Both the position numbers and the translations under genes were made by a program. Positions 1-8,264 of a DNA stretch of 64,000 nt are shown here, in pieces; positions within the stretch are counted from its first letter, which is position 1, and each line of letters starts with the position of its first letter. Below the pieces are notes generated by a model, which saw only the letters and a program-made list of their open reading frames with translations, searched no databases and had not been told where the DNA came from. The DNA comes from a virus (lineage: Duplodnaviria > Caudoviricetes), in the IMG/VR virus record IMGVR_UViG_3300044535_001062, positions 55 to 64,054 of that record; one strand, given 5' to 3'.

Positions 1-120
1 AATGGCAGACGAAACTTTATTCGCAGACGGATTCGATGAGGCTATCGTAGGTATAGACTACATCTCTTATCCAGCACGTATCATTTACGACAAAAACAAA
101 ATGGTTGAAATCCTGGTTGA
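1..120. repeat. Terminal direct repeat / circular assembly overlap (copy 1)
   Basis: 1-120 is identical to 63881-64000 except G74 vs C63954. Confidence 0.95.
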
Positions 121-265
121 AAACGATGGCATGTCTCTAGAAGACGCTATCGAGTATCTAGAATACAACACATGGTGTGCATATGTTGGAGAAGGAACAC
201 CTATCTTTGCTCACCTGGGAGGTAAATCCGATATCCAGGAACTGATCGAAATGCACGGTCTATGA
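2..265 (+). CDS. Conserved phage hypothetical protein (ADGFDEAI...YD...AYVGExTP type)
   Basis: 87-aa ORF; A-rich upstream context is visible in the wrapped copy at 63865-63881; motif pattern recalled from aquatic phages. Confidence 0.8.
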   Translation: MADETLFADGFDEAIVGIDYISYPARIIYDKNKMVEILVENDGMSLEDAIEYLEYNTWCAYVGEGTPIFAHLGGKSDIQELIEMHGL

Positions 266-402
266 CATTAGAAGCAACTACAAGAAGCAAACAGTATTGT
301 CCCACTTGTAAAAAAGAAACAATGCACACACCCAAGTTAGGACTTGCAGTTAATAATAAAAGGTTGTGCGAAGTATGTAGAGCAGTAAATGAAGTAAAAT
401 GA
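262..402 (+). CDS. Small zinc-ribbon protein (46 aa, CPTC...CEVC)
   Basis: Read by hand: MTLEATTRSKQYCPTCKKETMHTPKLGLAVNNKRLCEVCRAVNEVK; ATGA overlap with the upstream stop. Confidence 0.65.
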   Translation: MTLEATTRSKQYCPTCKKETMHTPKLGLAVNNKRLCEVCRAVNEVK

Positions 403-483
403 AAATACTCTTGACCATAGTTATATACGAGATAATCAAAACAGCAGCCATGCATTTGTGGTATAAAACAATAAGATAAAACA

Positions 484-657
484 ATGAACAAACGCAAGTC
501 ATATTTATACGAACGTAATACCAGGGAAGCAATCAAAAGAGAACGCAAGCTTCTGGTTGCCTTTCTCAAAATAAACTCTCCTCGCATAAGACAGCTGTTC
601 AAAGAGATCGAATTGATGTCAACCCGGGAAAAACGCTACATTAGCATAATGTTGTAA
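484..657 (+). CDS. Small basic hypothetical protein (57 aa)
   Basis: Read by hand: MNKRKSYLYERN...RYISIML; A-rich upstream context. Confidence 0.5.
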   Translation: MNKRKSYLYERNTREAIKRERKLLVAFLKINSPRIRQLFKEIELMSTREKRYISIML

Positions 658-806
658 ATTACATTTACCTAATGATAATTATATTTACACATTGTAAAGA
701 TATAGCAGAAAGATCGGTATCCTCCCGGTGGATAGTATCCATCGGCCAGCAATCCTAAACTTGTTAATACCGAGAGTTAAGTGGGTTGCTTCTAATAATA
801 CTGATA

Positions 807-896
807 ATGGAGAATGATATCGTACTCGGATTCGGGCTGTTCTTTACCTACGTAGCCGTCCTATTCTTTATATGGGCCTATGTGAAGGACAGGTAA
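807..896 (+). CDS. Small single-TM peptide (29 aa)
   Basis: MENDIVLGFGLFFTYVAVLFFIWAYVKDR. Confidence 0.4.
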   Translation: MENDIVLGFGLFFTYVAVLFFIWAYVKDR

Positions 897-1100
897 CATA
901 TATCTAGCCTATATAATTGCTGCACCCCCTGCAACAAATGGCCCCCCTATTCATTGAACCCCCCGGCTTACTTTTTTGTAAGTTATCTTTCTGTAACACG
1001 ATCCCTGGAAAATAATGTTCGTGCGAGGGCTGGAGCTTTACGTAGCGAAAATCTTTCCGCCCGCCCGCAAAAAAACACCCCCGGGCATGCGTCTGGCCTC

Positions 1101-1599
1101 CCGGCAAGTTCGGAGAACTTGTCGGAGGCTCGTAAGCGTGTCGCAAAATAAAATTCGAACTTCCCCTCTGGGGAATAACGGCCTTTATAGCCACTTCACA
1201 AACATTTGTTGGTGTACTTTGTGCCCTTTGGGCAGAGAAAAGGGCTTGAAATTTATTTCAAAGGGCTGAAAGCCAACGAAACCAAAGGTTTCAAGGTAGA
1301 AAAATGTTCATGTGTTTGATGCAATCAAACACCTCCAAACAACCTCAAAATATTGTCGATTTTAGTTGACAAAAAAAGCATTGTTCTTTAGAACAAACGC
1401 CAAAAAGCTCATACTCAAATACATAAGTATTTGAGAGGGCGATTTGCTGACCGAACCTCGCACGCCCGTCCGCCAGTTTTTCTGGAAAGAAAAACTTTTG
1501 CGGAGACGGAGGGATGTGGCCACGCTACCCCTACGTACGTGCACGCATTTCCTACCGCACATTTAATCTTTTTTTTAAAAAAATTTTACGTAGTAAAAT
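1101..1599. repeat. Array of short inverted repeats in non-coding DNA
   Basis: About 11 palindromes, e.g. 1101-1125, 1161-1175, 1312-1332, 1381-1396, 1414-1435, 1475-1496, 1583-1599. Confidence 0.8.
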
Positions 1600-1624
1600 A
1601 TTTTTAAGGTGGCCTATTAAAAAC

Positions 1625-1652
1625 TTGTAGACCAAACTGCCCTATAACTTTG
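1625..1652 (+). promoter_or_regulatory. Bacteroidota sigma-A promoter, likely the major early promoter
   Basis: TTG at 1625-1627 and TAACTTTG at 1645-1652 match the -33/-7 consensus (TTTG / TAnnTTTG). Confidence 0.75.
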
Positions 1653-1655
1653 TGC

Positions 1656-2005
1656 TGTCGATTTGCCAAAAACGACTCACGATTTCGGCAGACGACAAAC
1701 GTTCTTTCCCACACCGAGACTACACCACTGCAGGATACGGCAAAGCCGCTGTGAAGCGTTCTATCCGAAGTGATTGCCATCACTAAACAGAGTTTAGTCG
1801 GGTTCTTTGACATACATTTCCCTTCGGGAACAAGGGAAATTTGGGGCACTCCTTCGAGGATTGATGTAATCAATGCCAACAGTGCAATCTGTGATACCTT
1901 TGGTATCTGTTCTTATCCCTTGGGATAAGTTATCATCAGCGAAGTGAACCATAAGAAAGCAAACGAAGTTTGGTCTGACACCACAGGCTAAATTTATTTA
2001 GCCAT
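1656..2005 (+). ncRNA. Candidate structured leader / ncRNA of the early transcript
   Basis: Starts just after the promoter; no + strand ORF of 60 aa or more; at least 10 hairpins; two boxA-like motifs. Confidence 0.55.
1802..1814 (+). promoter_or_regulatory. boxA-like antitermination motif GTTCTTTGACATA
   Basis: Resembles rrn boxA (E. coli TGCTCTTTAACA); weaker copy CGTTCTTT at 1700-1707 directly after a hairpin. Confidence 0.5.
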
Positions 2006-2101
2006 GGTCGGTCTATGGTAGCCTTGCAGTGCTTGAGTCCGCTGCATTAAATTTGGGACGGCTCCCAAAGGGAGAGGGTTCGATTCCCTCACCGACCACC
2101 A
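2006..2101 (+). tRNA. Atypical tRNA / tRNA-like element (Leu/Ser type-II-like) with encoded CCA
   Basis: Acceptor stem GGTCGGT/ACCGACC followed by A-CCA; T-arm GAGGG-TTCGATT-CCCTC; long variable arm; degenerate D-arm; 8-nt anticodon loop. Confidence 0.7.
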
Positions 2102-2123
2102 AACCATTAACTAAAGTTAAACC

Positions 2124-2294
2124 ATGAAACTATTCTCATTCTTCATCATGACACTTTGTGTCACCGCATCGTCAATGTCGTTGATTAATCATTTTGATAA
2201 ATCAACCGACCAATCTGTGCTACTCGTGATTCTTTGTCACTTTGTGACAATTGTTACAATCGGCACTATTTCCTCAAACGTAGTCGAAGACTAA
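2124..2294 (+). CDS. Small membrane protein (56 aa, two hydrophobic segments)
   Basis: Read by hand: MKLFSFFIMTLCVTASS...VLLVILCHFVTIVTIGTISSNVVED. Confidence 0.5.
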   Translation: MKLFSFFIMTLCVTASSMSLINHFDKSTDQSVLLVILCHFVTIVTIGTISSNVVED

Positions 2295-2334
2295 TCCATT
2301 CAACCAACAAACCAATTTTTAATACTTAAAAATC

Positions 2335-3057
2335 ATGACAACCAAAAACATCACCACCGCTGAAGCTATTATAGCTTCAATCTCAGACATGAAAGTTTCA
2401 AGCCAAAAGGCTTACATCACCAAAAACATTAATCAGCAAGCTGATTACATTAAAACTATCGAAGATAAGTTTTACAACCGAAAGTGGAAGCACTACTATG
2501 GTGAACCTCTTAATGAAGAGGTTATCCTTAACGAAATTGCTCAACTCGAAGAGTTGGTAGGTGCTAAGGCTCTCCTTAACGGAGAGGACTGGCAAAAGGT
2601 ATCCGCTAAGAAGTCAGCTAAAGCTGTGAAGTCGAAAGCTGTGGTATCTGAAACCCCAAAGCCTACGGCTTCAGAAACGGCACTTGCCGAATTGACGAAG
2701 TCAATGACAAACCTCACCTCTCAACTCACAGAGTTGACCAAGGTAGTTGTAAAGAATTCAGTCGACATTGCTTCTATTCAGAAGCAAATTGAAACAATCA
2801 ATCAGCCCAAAGTTACTAAAGTAACTACACCTGTACGAAAGTCTCAGCCAAAGGCTGTTGCCTCAAAGAAAGCCGAAATTATCGAAGATAAGCCGGCAAT
2901 CAAGAAAACAAGCAAGTCTTTGCTTGAGGAATTGTTCGGTTCTTTCAGAACCGTGAAAGCCGACAAGCCAAAATCAACCAAGCCAAGCCGTAAGGAATAT
3001 AATCCTTACGGCAACAGCTACAAAGCAAAGAAAATGGCTTACATGGAAGTTCGTTAA
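2335..3057 (+). CDS. Early hypothetical protein with coiled coil and Lys/Pro-rich low-complexity C-terminus
   Basis: 240-aa ORF; TTAAAAATC-ATG start context. Confidence 0.8.
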   Translation: MTTKNITTAEAIIASISDMKVSSQKAYITKNINQQADYIKTIEDKFYNRKWKHYYGEPLNEEVILNEIAQLEELVGAKALLNGEDWQKVSAKKSAKAVKSKAVVSETPKPTASETALAELTKSMTNLTSQLTELTKVVVKNSVDIASIQKQIETINQPKVTKVTTPVRKSQPKAVASKKAEIIEDKPAIKKTSKSLLEELFGSFRTVKADKPKSTKPSRKEYNPYGNSYKAKKMAYMEVR

Positions 3058-3096
3058 TTGTAAACAATTAAAATCACCACTAATCAACACAACAAA

Positions 3097-3180
3097 ATGG
3101 AATTTTGTATCTTTTTCGGAACCATCTCATTCATCACCATAACGATTTTATCGTTAGCAACTTACTTTATCGAGAAATAA
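3097..3180 (+). CDS. Small single-TM peptide (27 aa)
   Basis: MEFCIFFGTISFITITILSLATYFIEK; A-rich leader. Confidence 0.45.
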   Translation: MEFCIFFGTISFITITILSLATYFIEK

Positions 3181-3308
3181 ATCTATGATTACACTATGCA
3201 TCATGCCCTCTTTCAGAGGGACTACAATCGAGACATTCAAAGCTTTGCTTACTTGTCTTGCAATCGACAGCACTTATCTTTTACCCATGTTTAACATCAT
3301 CTAAAATC

Positions 3309-3530
3309 ATGCAAAAACACATCCTACATTTTGACGAGTCTAAAGACTTGCTAGTCAGCTACACAATCGAACAAACCGATGAAATCGCTGCTTACACAGA
3401 GTATCTAGTGACGTTATACGTCAATGGCGAAGAAACTTTCAGCGAAAAAGTCCTTTCCGAGGATATGGACTTTGCCCATCGTCATGCTGAAACAATGTAC
3501 GAAGGCTATAAAGAGTATATCAAATCATGA
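3309..3530 (+). CDS. Early hypothetical protein
   Basis: Start moved to the AAAATC-ATG at 3309. Confidence 0.7.
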   Translation: MQKHILHFDESKDLLVSYTIEQTDEIAAYTEYLVTLYVNGEETFSEKVLSEDMDFAHRHAETMYEGYKEYIKS

Positions 3531-3769
3531 AATCAGAAAAAGAAAAACAACTAGAGCATCGCCTTGCAATGGTCAGTGATGACTTGCAATGTATCCGAAG
3601 ATTTATCTTCGAGAATGGCTTAGCGAAAACCTTTGCAAAGCCGACAGATGAATGCGATGAATGTTGGACTCACTTAGTGAACATTGAAATCGCCTGCTGT
3701 TTATCTAGTGACGAGTCACTATCCTGGAAACCATTCAACAAATTAAAACAACCAAATCAATCGAGATGA
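3527..3769 (+). CDS. Early hypothetical protein
   Basis: 80-aa ORF with ATGA coupling at both ends. Confidence 0.7.
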   Translation: MKSEKEKQLEHRLAMVSDDLQCIRRFIFENGLAKTFAKPTDECDECWTHLVNIEIACCLSSDESLSWKPFNKLKQPNQSR

Positions 3770-4482
3770 AAAACGTAGTTTTTAGACAAGGTGATACAAT
3801 CACCCTAGTTACCTTTGGTAAAACTAGTAATGAAAAAATCGCTGACAACAATGAGATTGTTGCTCAGACATTTCACTTCAGCCGGGAACAATACGACATT
3901 GCCCTTGGCAAAACAACCATGAAAGAATTTTTCTCTCATGATGCTAAGGTATGTTTCGATTGTCCCTTTGCTGTAAGCAATGGTGCAAAACTTACGGCTT
4001 GTTATACTCATAAGCCAATGCAATACATGGGGTTTCGTTCCTCTCTCAGAGCTATAGCAAAACGATATCCCGAGTATGGTCTGATACCTCAGCTTTCAGC
4101 TGATATCGTAGCTGATATTGTCAGCAAATGCTACGGACTTTATGTCCGCTTTGGTAGCTATGGTGAGCCAACGCTTATGCCGATTGACGTAGTCAAATCT
4201 ATTGTAGCTGTAGCGAAATCATGGACAGGCTATACTCATCAATGGATGAGTCGTCCAGAATATGCACCATATTTCATGGCATCAACACATAGTGTTGGAC
4301 AAGAAATGCTTGCAAGACAGCTCGGATATCGTAGCTTTGTTGTTACCAACAAATCAATCGATGGACTTGTTTCCTGCCCTGCCTCTAAAGAGATGGGCTT
4401 CAAATCAAATTGCTCGAAGTGCGGACTCTGTTCGGGGACTGAGGGCAAAGGTAAAAAATCAATCGTAATACTAGAACATTAA
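3766..4482 (+). CDS. Cys-rich phage protein, possibly Fe-S / radical-SAM-like
   Basis: CxxCPF...ACY, VRFGSYGEP, WTGYTHQW, CPAS...CxxCxLC. Confidence 0.6.
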   Translation: MKNVVFRQGDTITLVTFGKTSNEKIADNNEIVAQTFHFSREQYDIALGKTTMKEFFSHDAKVCFDCPFAVSNGAKLTACYTHKPMQYMGFRSSLRAIAKRYPEYGLIPQLSADIVADIVSKCYGLYVRFGSYGEPTLMPIDVVKSIVAVAKSWTGYTHQWMSRPEYAPYFMASTHSVGQEMLARQLGYRSFVVTNKSIDGLVSCPASKEMGFKSNCSKCGLCSGTEGKGKKSIVILEH

Positions 4483-4517
4483 TCAATCAATCAACAAACT
4501 AAATTAAATTTAAAATC

Positions 4518-4877
4518 ATGGGACGTTATTATTCTGGAGACATCGAAGGCAAATTTTGGTTTGCCGTACAATCAAGTAACGCTGCTGATAGATTTGGCAG
4601 CACAGGTTATGAACCTAACTACATCGAATACAATTTCTATGAAGAGCACCTCGAAGGTGTTCAAGCCGAACTCAAACGTATCGAAGATAAACTCGGTGAC
4701 AAGATGCTAATCATCACTAAATTCTTTGAAGAGAACAATGGGTACACCGATGAGAAACTTGAGAAGGCAGGTATCACACGTTCAGAACTCAGCGAATACG
4801 CTGACTATGGCTTAGGTAAGAAGATAGAACAATGCATAATCGACAATGGTCAGTGCGAATTCACAGCAGAACTTTAA
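4518..4877 (+). CDS. Conserved phage hypothetical protein (MGRYYxGDIEGKFWF type)
   Basis: 119-aa ORF; TTAAAATC-ATG start. Confidence 0.8.
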   Translation: MGRYYSGDIEGKFWFAVQSSNAADRFGSTGYEPNYIEYNFYEEHLEGVQAELKRIEDKLGDKMLIITKFFEENNGYTDEKLEKAGITRSELSEYADYGLGKKIEQCIIDNGQCEFTAEL

Positions 4878-4887
4878 TCAATATCAT

Positions 4888-5151
4888 ATGAAAAACGTAA
4901 ACGTAACACAGCTCAGAGTCAGAATTCTTAACAAGTTTATTGTTAAGATTGTAGTCAGCGAAAGAACTCCCGAAGGATATTTTCTCGGCACAGCCGAGTT
5001 ATCCCTTTGGGATGCTGTCGGTAATCGTCAGCTATCATGGAAACTTATTCACTTAAGTGACCTTGAGTCAGAAGTTCGGGAAATGCTTCCCGAAAATATG
5101 TTCGATGACGCTTGGCAAGTAATCAAAATCACAATGGACACTAACTATTAA
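4888..5151 (+). CDS. Early hypothetical protein
   Basis: Start moved to ATG 4888, after the upstream stop. Confidence 0.7.
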   Translation: MKNVNVTQLRVRILNKFIVKIVVSERTPEGYFLGTAELSLWDAVGNRQLSWKLIHLSDLESEVREMLPENMFDDAWQVIKITMDTNY

Positions 5152-5162
5152 TAATTAAAATC

Positions 5163-5462
5163 ATGACAAAGACAGAAGTAATCAAGACAATCGACAGCGG
5201 CAAGATATTCTCTTGCCGTTTTGTAAAACAAAATGGTGAGGCTAGATACCTCAAGGGACGAACCGGTGTACGTAAGTACACTGACAAGGACGGCAATGTT
5301 CACGAAGTGAAAGGCGTGGGCATGAAGTTCAAGCCAAAAGAACTGGGCTATCGTGTAGTCTTTGACTTGGGGCTCAGAGAATATCGCATGATCAATTGTA
5401 TTACAATTGTCGAGTTCAACAAACAATCAGTAGGAAACTTTTTTATTCAAGAAACAAAATGA
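5163..5462 (+). CDS. SH3-like beta-barrel protein (DUF2693 / WYL-like)
   Basis: FxKxxGExR...VFDL...YR pattern. Confidence 0.55.
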   Translation: MTKTEVIKTIDSGKIFSCRFVKQNGEARYLKGRTGVRKYTDKDGNVHEVKGVGMKFKPKELGYRVVFDLGLREYRMINCITIVEFNKQSVGNFFIQETK

Positions 5463-5713
5463 AAACAAGACAATCAATTATTGTAGCTGACGTATCGAGA
5501 GATGAACTGAACAGCTCTGTAGACTGGTTCTTTAGAACCTGTGCCGTAGAATGGCACGATGCAACTAACCTTGCCGAGTGTATCTGTCGCATACAAGATG
5601 TCGAAGACATACCCGAGTATGATGATTGGCTGAGTCCCGAGGACAGAGAGTTAATTCAGAAATTAAAAGCATCCGTAAACGAAATCAACGCATGTTACAT
5701 CAGAATAATTTAA
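5459..5713 (+). CDS. Early hypothetical protein
   Basis: ATG coupled to the upstream TGA. Confidence 0.7.
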   Translation: MKTRQSIIVADVSRDELNSSVDWFFRTCAVEWHDATNLAECICRIQDVEDIPEYDDWLSPEDRELIQKLKASVNEINACYIRII

Positions 5714-5721
5714 TTAAAACC

Positions 5722-5994
5722 ATGACACAATTCGAAATCGCACAACAACAAGTTAAAGAAAAGCAATTGCAAGCACCAAAGGTGATGACTGAGGGTAAAC
5801 AAATCGACTACTTCGGCTATCAATTAGCCGTACACCATTTCAATCTTAAGCTAATGGCTAAGGGTATGGCATGCCGAGGTATCAAGTTTACTGACATCAA
5901 GAAGTACTACGGACTTAAAGGTAAGTCCGCTGCTGATTGCTTAGGACAATTCGAAGAGATATTCAACAACTACAAACAAAACTTAAACAACTAA
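5722..5994 (+). CDS. Early hypothetical protein
   Basis: Start moved to AAAACC-ATG at 5722. Confidence 0.7.
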   Translation: MTQFEIAQQQVKEKQLQAPKVMTEGKQIDYFGYQLAVHHFNLKLMAKGMACRGIKFTDIKKYYGLKGKSAADCLGQFEEIFNNYKQNLNN

Positions 5995-5998
5995 TCAC

Positions 5999-6271
5999 AT
6001 GAAAAAAGTAACCATCACCACAAGAGCAGTTTATCACAAAACTGCATCGGTAATTGTCAATGTTCCCGAACACATCCCTGCTGACAAAGTACATGATTGG
6101 ATTTTGGAGAACGACCATCTATTCACAGCTGTGTTAGACAAGAAGTTAAGCGAAGCACCCTACGAATTCGGCTTCGGTCTCAGCGATGATATGGATTGGA
6201 TAGACCAAGAGTCGGAGTCACGATACGATGTAGAAGAAAACGGAAAGATTACATACGGAGGACATTTATAA
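5999..6271 (+). CDS. Early hypothetical protein
   Basis: 90-aa ORF within the operon. Confidence 0.7.
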   Translation: MKKVTITTRAVYHKTASVIVNVPEHIPADKVHDWILENDHLFTAVLDKKLSEAPYEFGFGLSDDMDWIDQESESRYDVEENGKITYGGHL

Positions 6272-6287
6272 ATCAATAAACAAAAAC

Positions 6288-6860
6288 ATGGCAAACAATT
6301 GTTATAACTTCGCAACCTTAATTGGTTCTAAAGAAAGTTTAGACTTGCTCGAAGCAAGACTAATCGAAAGCAAAAAAGAAACACGGCACTTGTGGTATGG
6401 TTCGTTTCACGAAGTCCTCAACATCCCTATCGTAGAGGATGGCAATTCATATCAAGACTTCGGCACACGATGGTTCGATGCGGAATGGAATAGAGAGTCC
6501 GATACCGAAGCTACGCTGAGTGGCGATAGTGCATGGTCTCCACCATCCGAGTTCTTTCGCAAGTTGTCTGATGTATATCAGTTGACTATCGAGTCAGAAT
6601 ACGAAGAACCAGGATGTGACTTTGCCGGATACTACAATTGTAGTAATGGAGATGTACTTCGAGACGATACCTATTCGTACAATATGTTTCATCTACTAGA
6701 GAACAGGCAATACTTTATGGAAAAAATATGCGATGACATAACCTATGGTACATACGATGACTATGAAGACTTTGCCAAGCACAATAAAGACGTAGCTGAA
6801 GTTCTGACACCCCAAGAAATAAATCAAATCAAAGAACATTTTAACGAAGTAAAACCATGA
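6288..6860 (+). CDS. DUF1281 / Api92-like ferredoxin-fold phage protein
   Basis: MANxCxN...GTRW...DSAWSPP...YEEPGCDFAG. Confidence 0.65.
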   Translation: MANNCYNFATLIGSKESLDLLEARLIESKKETRHLWYGSFHEVLNIPIVEDGNSYQDFGTRWFDAEWNRESDTEATLSGDSAWSPPSEFFRKLSDVYQLTIESEYEEPGCDFAGYYNCSNGDVLRDDTYSYNMFHLLENRQYFMEKICDDITYGTYDDYEDFAKHNKDVAEVLTPQEINQIKEHFNEVKP

Positions 6861-7024
6861 ACATCAAAACTAAATTCAACCGACACAACTACACAACTTA
6901 CTTGTTACCAAGTATCTTACTCGTTCACAATCCAAAAACACACTACGCTGCTGAAGATTATGTTTTGCACATCAACTTTCTCAAGCTACATTGGTACATT
7001 GTATTCACACTAAACAAAAAATAA
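6857..7024 (+). CDS. Small hypothetical protein (55 aa)
   Basis: Read by hand; fills the gap between neighbours and is coupled by ATGA. Confidence 0.5.
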   Translation: MNIKTKFNRHNYTTYLLPSILLVHNPKTHYAAEDYVLHINFLKLHWYIVFTLNKK

Positions 7025-7026
7025 CC

Positions 7027-7248
7027 ATGAGCAACAAACAATTCAATGTGCTGAGCCCCGATGGGTTCAGCATTCATCACACCGAGACTTACGACACTAT
7101 CGAACAAGCCTACGAAGCTATGCAACAATGGGCAAAGCGATACAAATCCCAAGGCTACTATAGTAGCGTTAAGTACGGCAGAATTCCAATCCAAGACTTG
7201 GACAGATACTGCAGTATCACCATCGAAATAGAAACAATCAACAACTAA
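7027..7248 (+). CDS. Early hypothetical protein
   Basis: Start moved to ATG 7027. Confidence 0.7.
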   Translation: MSNKQFNVLSPDGFSIHHTETYDTIEQAYEAMQQWAKRYKSQGYYSSVKYGRIPIQDLDRYCSITIEIETINN

Positions 7249-7269
7249 CAATCACCAATCAAAAAAACC

Positions 7270-7866
7270 ATGAGTTATCTAACAACATTTCAAGACCAAT
7301 TACTTTCTGACTTAGAAAAAGAATTCAAAAAGTTAAATTCCACTACACCTGCCAAGGGTAAATTCACAATTGACTCTGTCAAAAAAGACATCGAGGAAAC
7401 GGAAGCATTTAGAAAATCCATACTCGAACACAACAAAGCTATTGCACAGCAATTGCGGATAGAGTACAACTCTCAATTGAATGAATTCAATCGTGAGTTC
7501 AGTCCGGTCAGTCTTGCTTTGCATTGGAGAAGAAGTTCATCCGGTGTTTCGAAGATGTTTGAAGACGAGCACGCTATGAAAAATCCTCACAGCGTAGACT
7601 TGGCTCTTTACTTTGAAGGAGAAGAAGATGTCAACCTACATAGACTTCATGTATTGTACGATTATGAAGCAGTAGAAATCAAAACATCTTGCGATTTAAT
7701 TCGTGGTTTCAAGATCAAAGGATTGCTATGGTCTACTCGTGGCTGGTTACATAGACACGATGCTGGTGGTTACTTCTACAAAACCTTGGACAACTTTATT
7801 CAAGGCACTGAAAACTTCCAACGAACCATCACGCTGAAGTATAAACAATTAACAAGCAATGGATAA
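7270..7866 (+). CDS. Early hypothetical protein with N-terminal coiled coil
   Basis: 198-aa ORF. Confidence 0.75.
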   Translation: MSYLTTFQDQLLSDLEKEFKKLNSTTPAKGKFTIDSVKKDIEETEAFRKSILEHNKAIAQQLRIEYNSQLNEFNREFSPVSLALHWRRSSSGVSKMFEDEHAMKNPHSVDLALYFEGEEDVNLHRLHVLYDYEAVEIKTSCDLIRGFKIKGLLWSTRGWLHRHDAGGYFYKTLDNFIQGTENFQRTITLKYKQLTSNG

Positions 7867-8092
7867 CTACACAATCCAATCCAATCAGTACATACCATTT
7901 CGGGCCGAGAGAGGTCCGAGTGGTATGCCACTGGCTACTACATATTATTATGTAGCCAACAAAAGTGGACAACCTATCAATAAGAATACGTGCAAGTCGT
8001 ATCGTGGCAAACAGATGAAGGAATACGCTTTCCGTTCTGAGGCCGAAGCACAAATATTTTTAAACTATTTAAATCAACATGCAAACAATTAA
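7859..8092 (+). CDS. Early hypothetical protein
   Basis: 77-aa ORF overlapping its neighbours by a few bases. Confidence 0.65.
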   Translation: MDNYTIQSNQYIPFRAERGPSGMPLATTYYYVANKSGQPINKNTCKSYRGKQMKEYAFRSEAEAQIFLNYLNQHANN

Positions 8093-8237
8093 AGTTATCC
8101 CATCTAGTATTGTCAAGGCTTACGTCTCTGGCATCATCGAGTGGAGAGTGTACCACGAGGGACAAATCATTGGTCGCTTTCCTACGGAAGAATGGGCAAA
8201 GAAATTTTACGAACTAATCACAAATCAAAACAACTAA
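8079..8237 (+). CDS. Small hypothetical protein (52 aa)
   Basis: Read by hand: MQTIKVIPSS...FPTEEWAKKFYELITNQNN. Confidence 0.55.
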   Translation: MQTIKVIPSSIVKAYVSGIIEWRVYHEGQIIGRFPTEEWAKKFYELITNQNN

Positions 8238-8264
8238 AATCTAAACAATTAAAAATTAAAAATC

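Noticed and set aside
1713-1802. Group I intron R/S-like pair (GAGACTAC ... TTTAGTCGG)
   Set aside because: No interrupted gene and no room for P3-P6 downstream of the promoter; TAGT is better explained by a local hairpin
904-1879. Short ORFs called in the control region
   Set aside because: Overlapping, atypical composition and no A-rich start context; the region looks non-coding
2006-2101. tmRNA or selenocysteine tRNA
   Set aside because: No G3-U70 pair, no tag reading frame, no TCA anticodon and no 8-bp Sec-type architecture with a long D-stem
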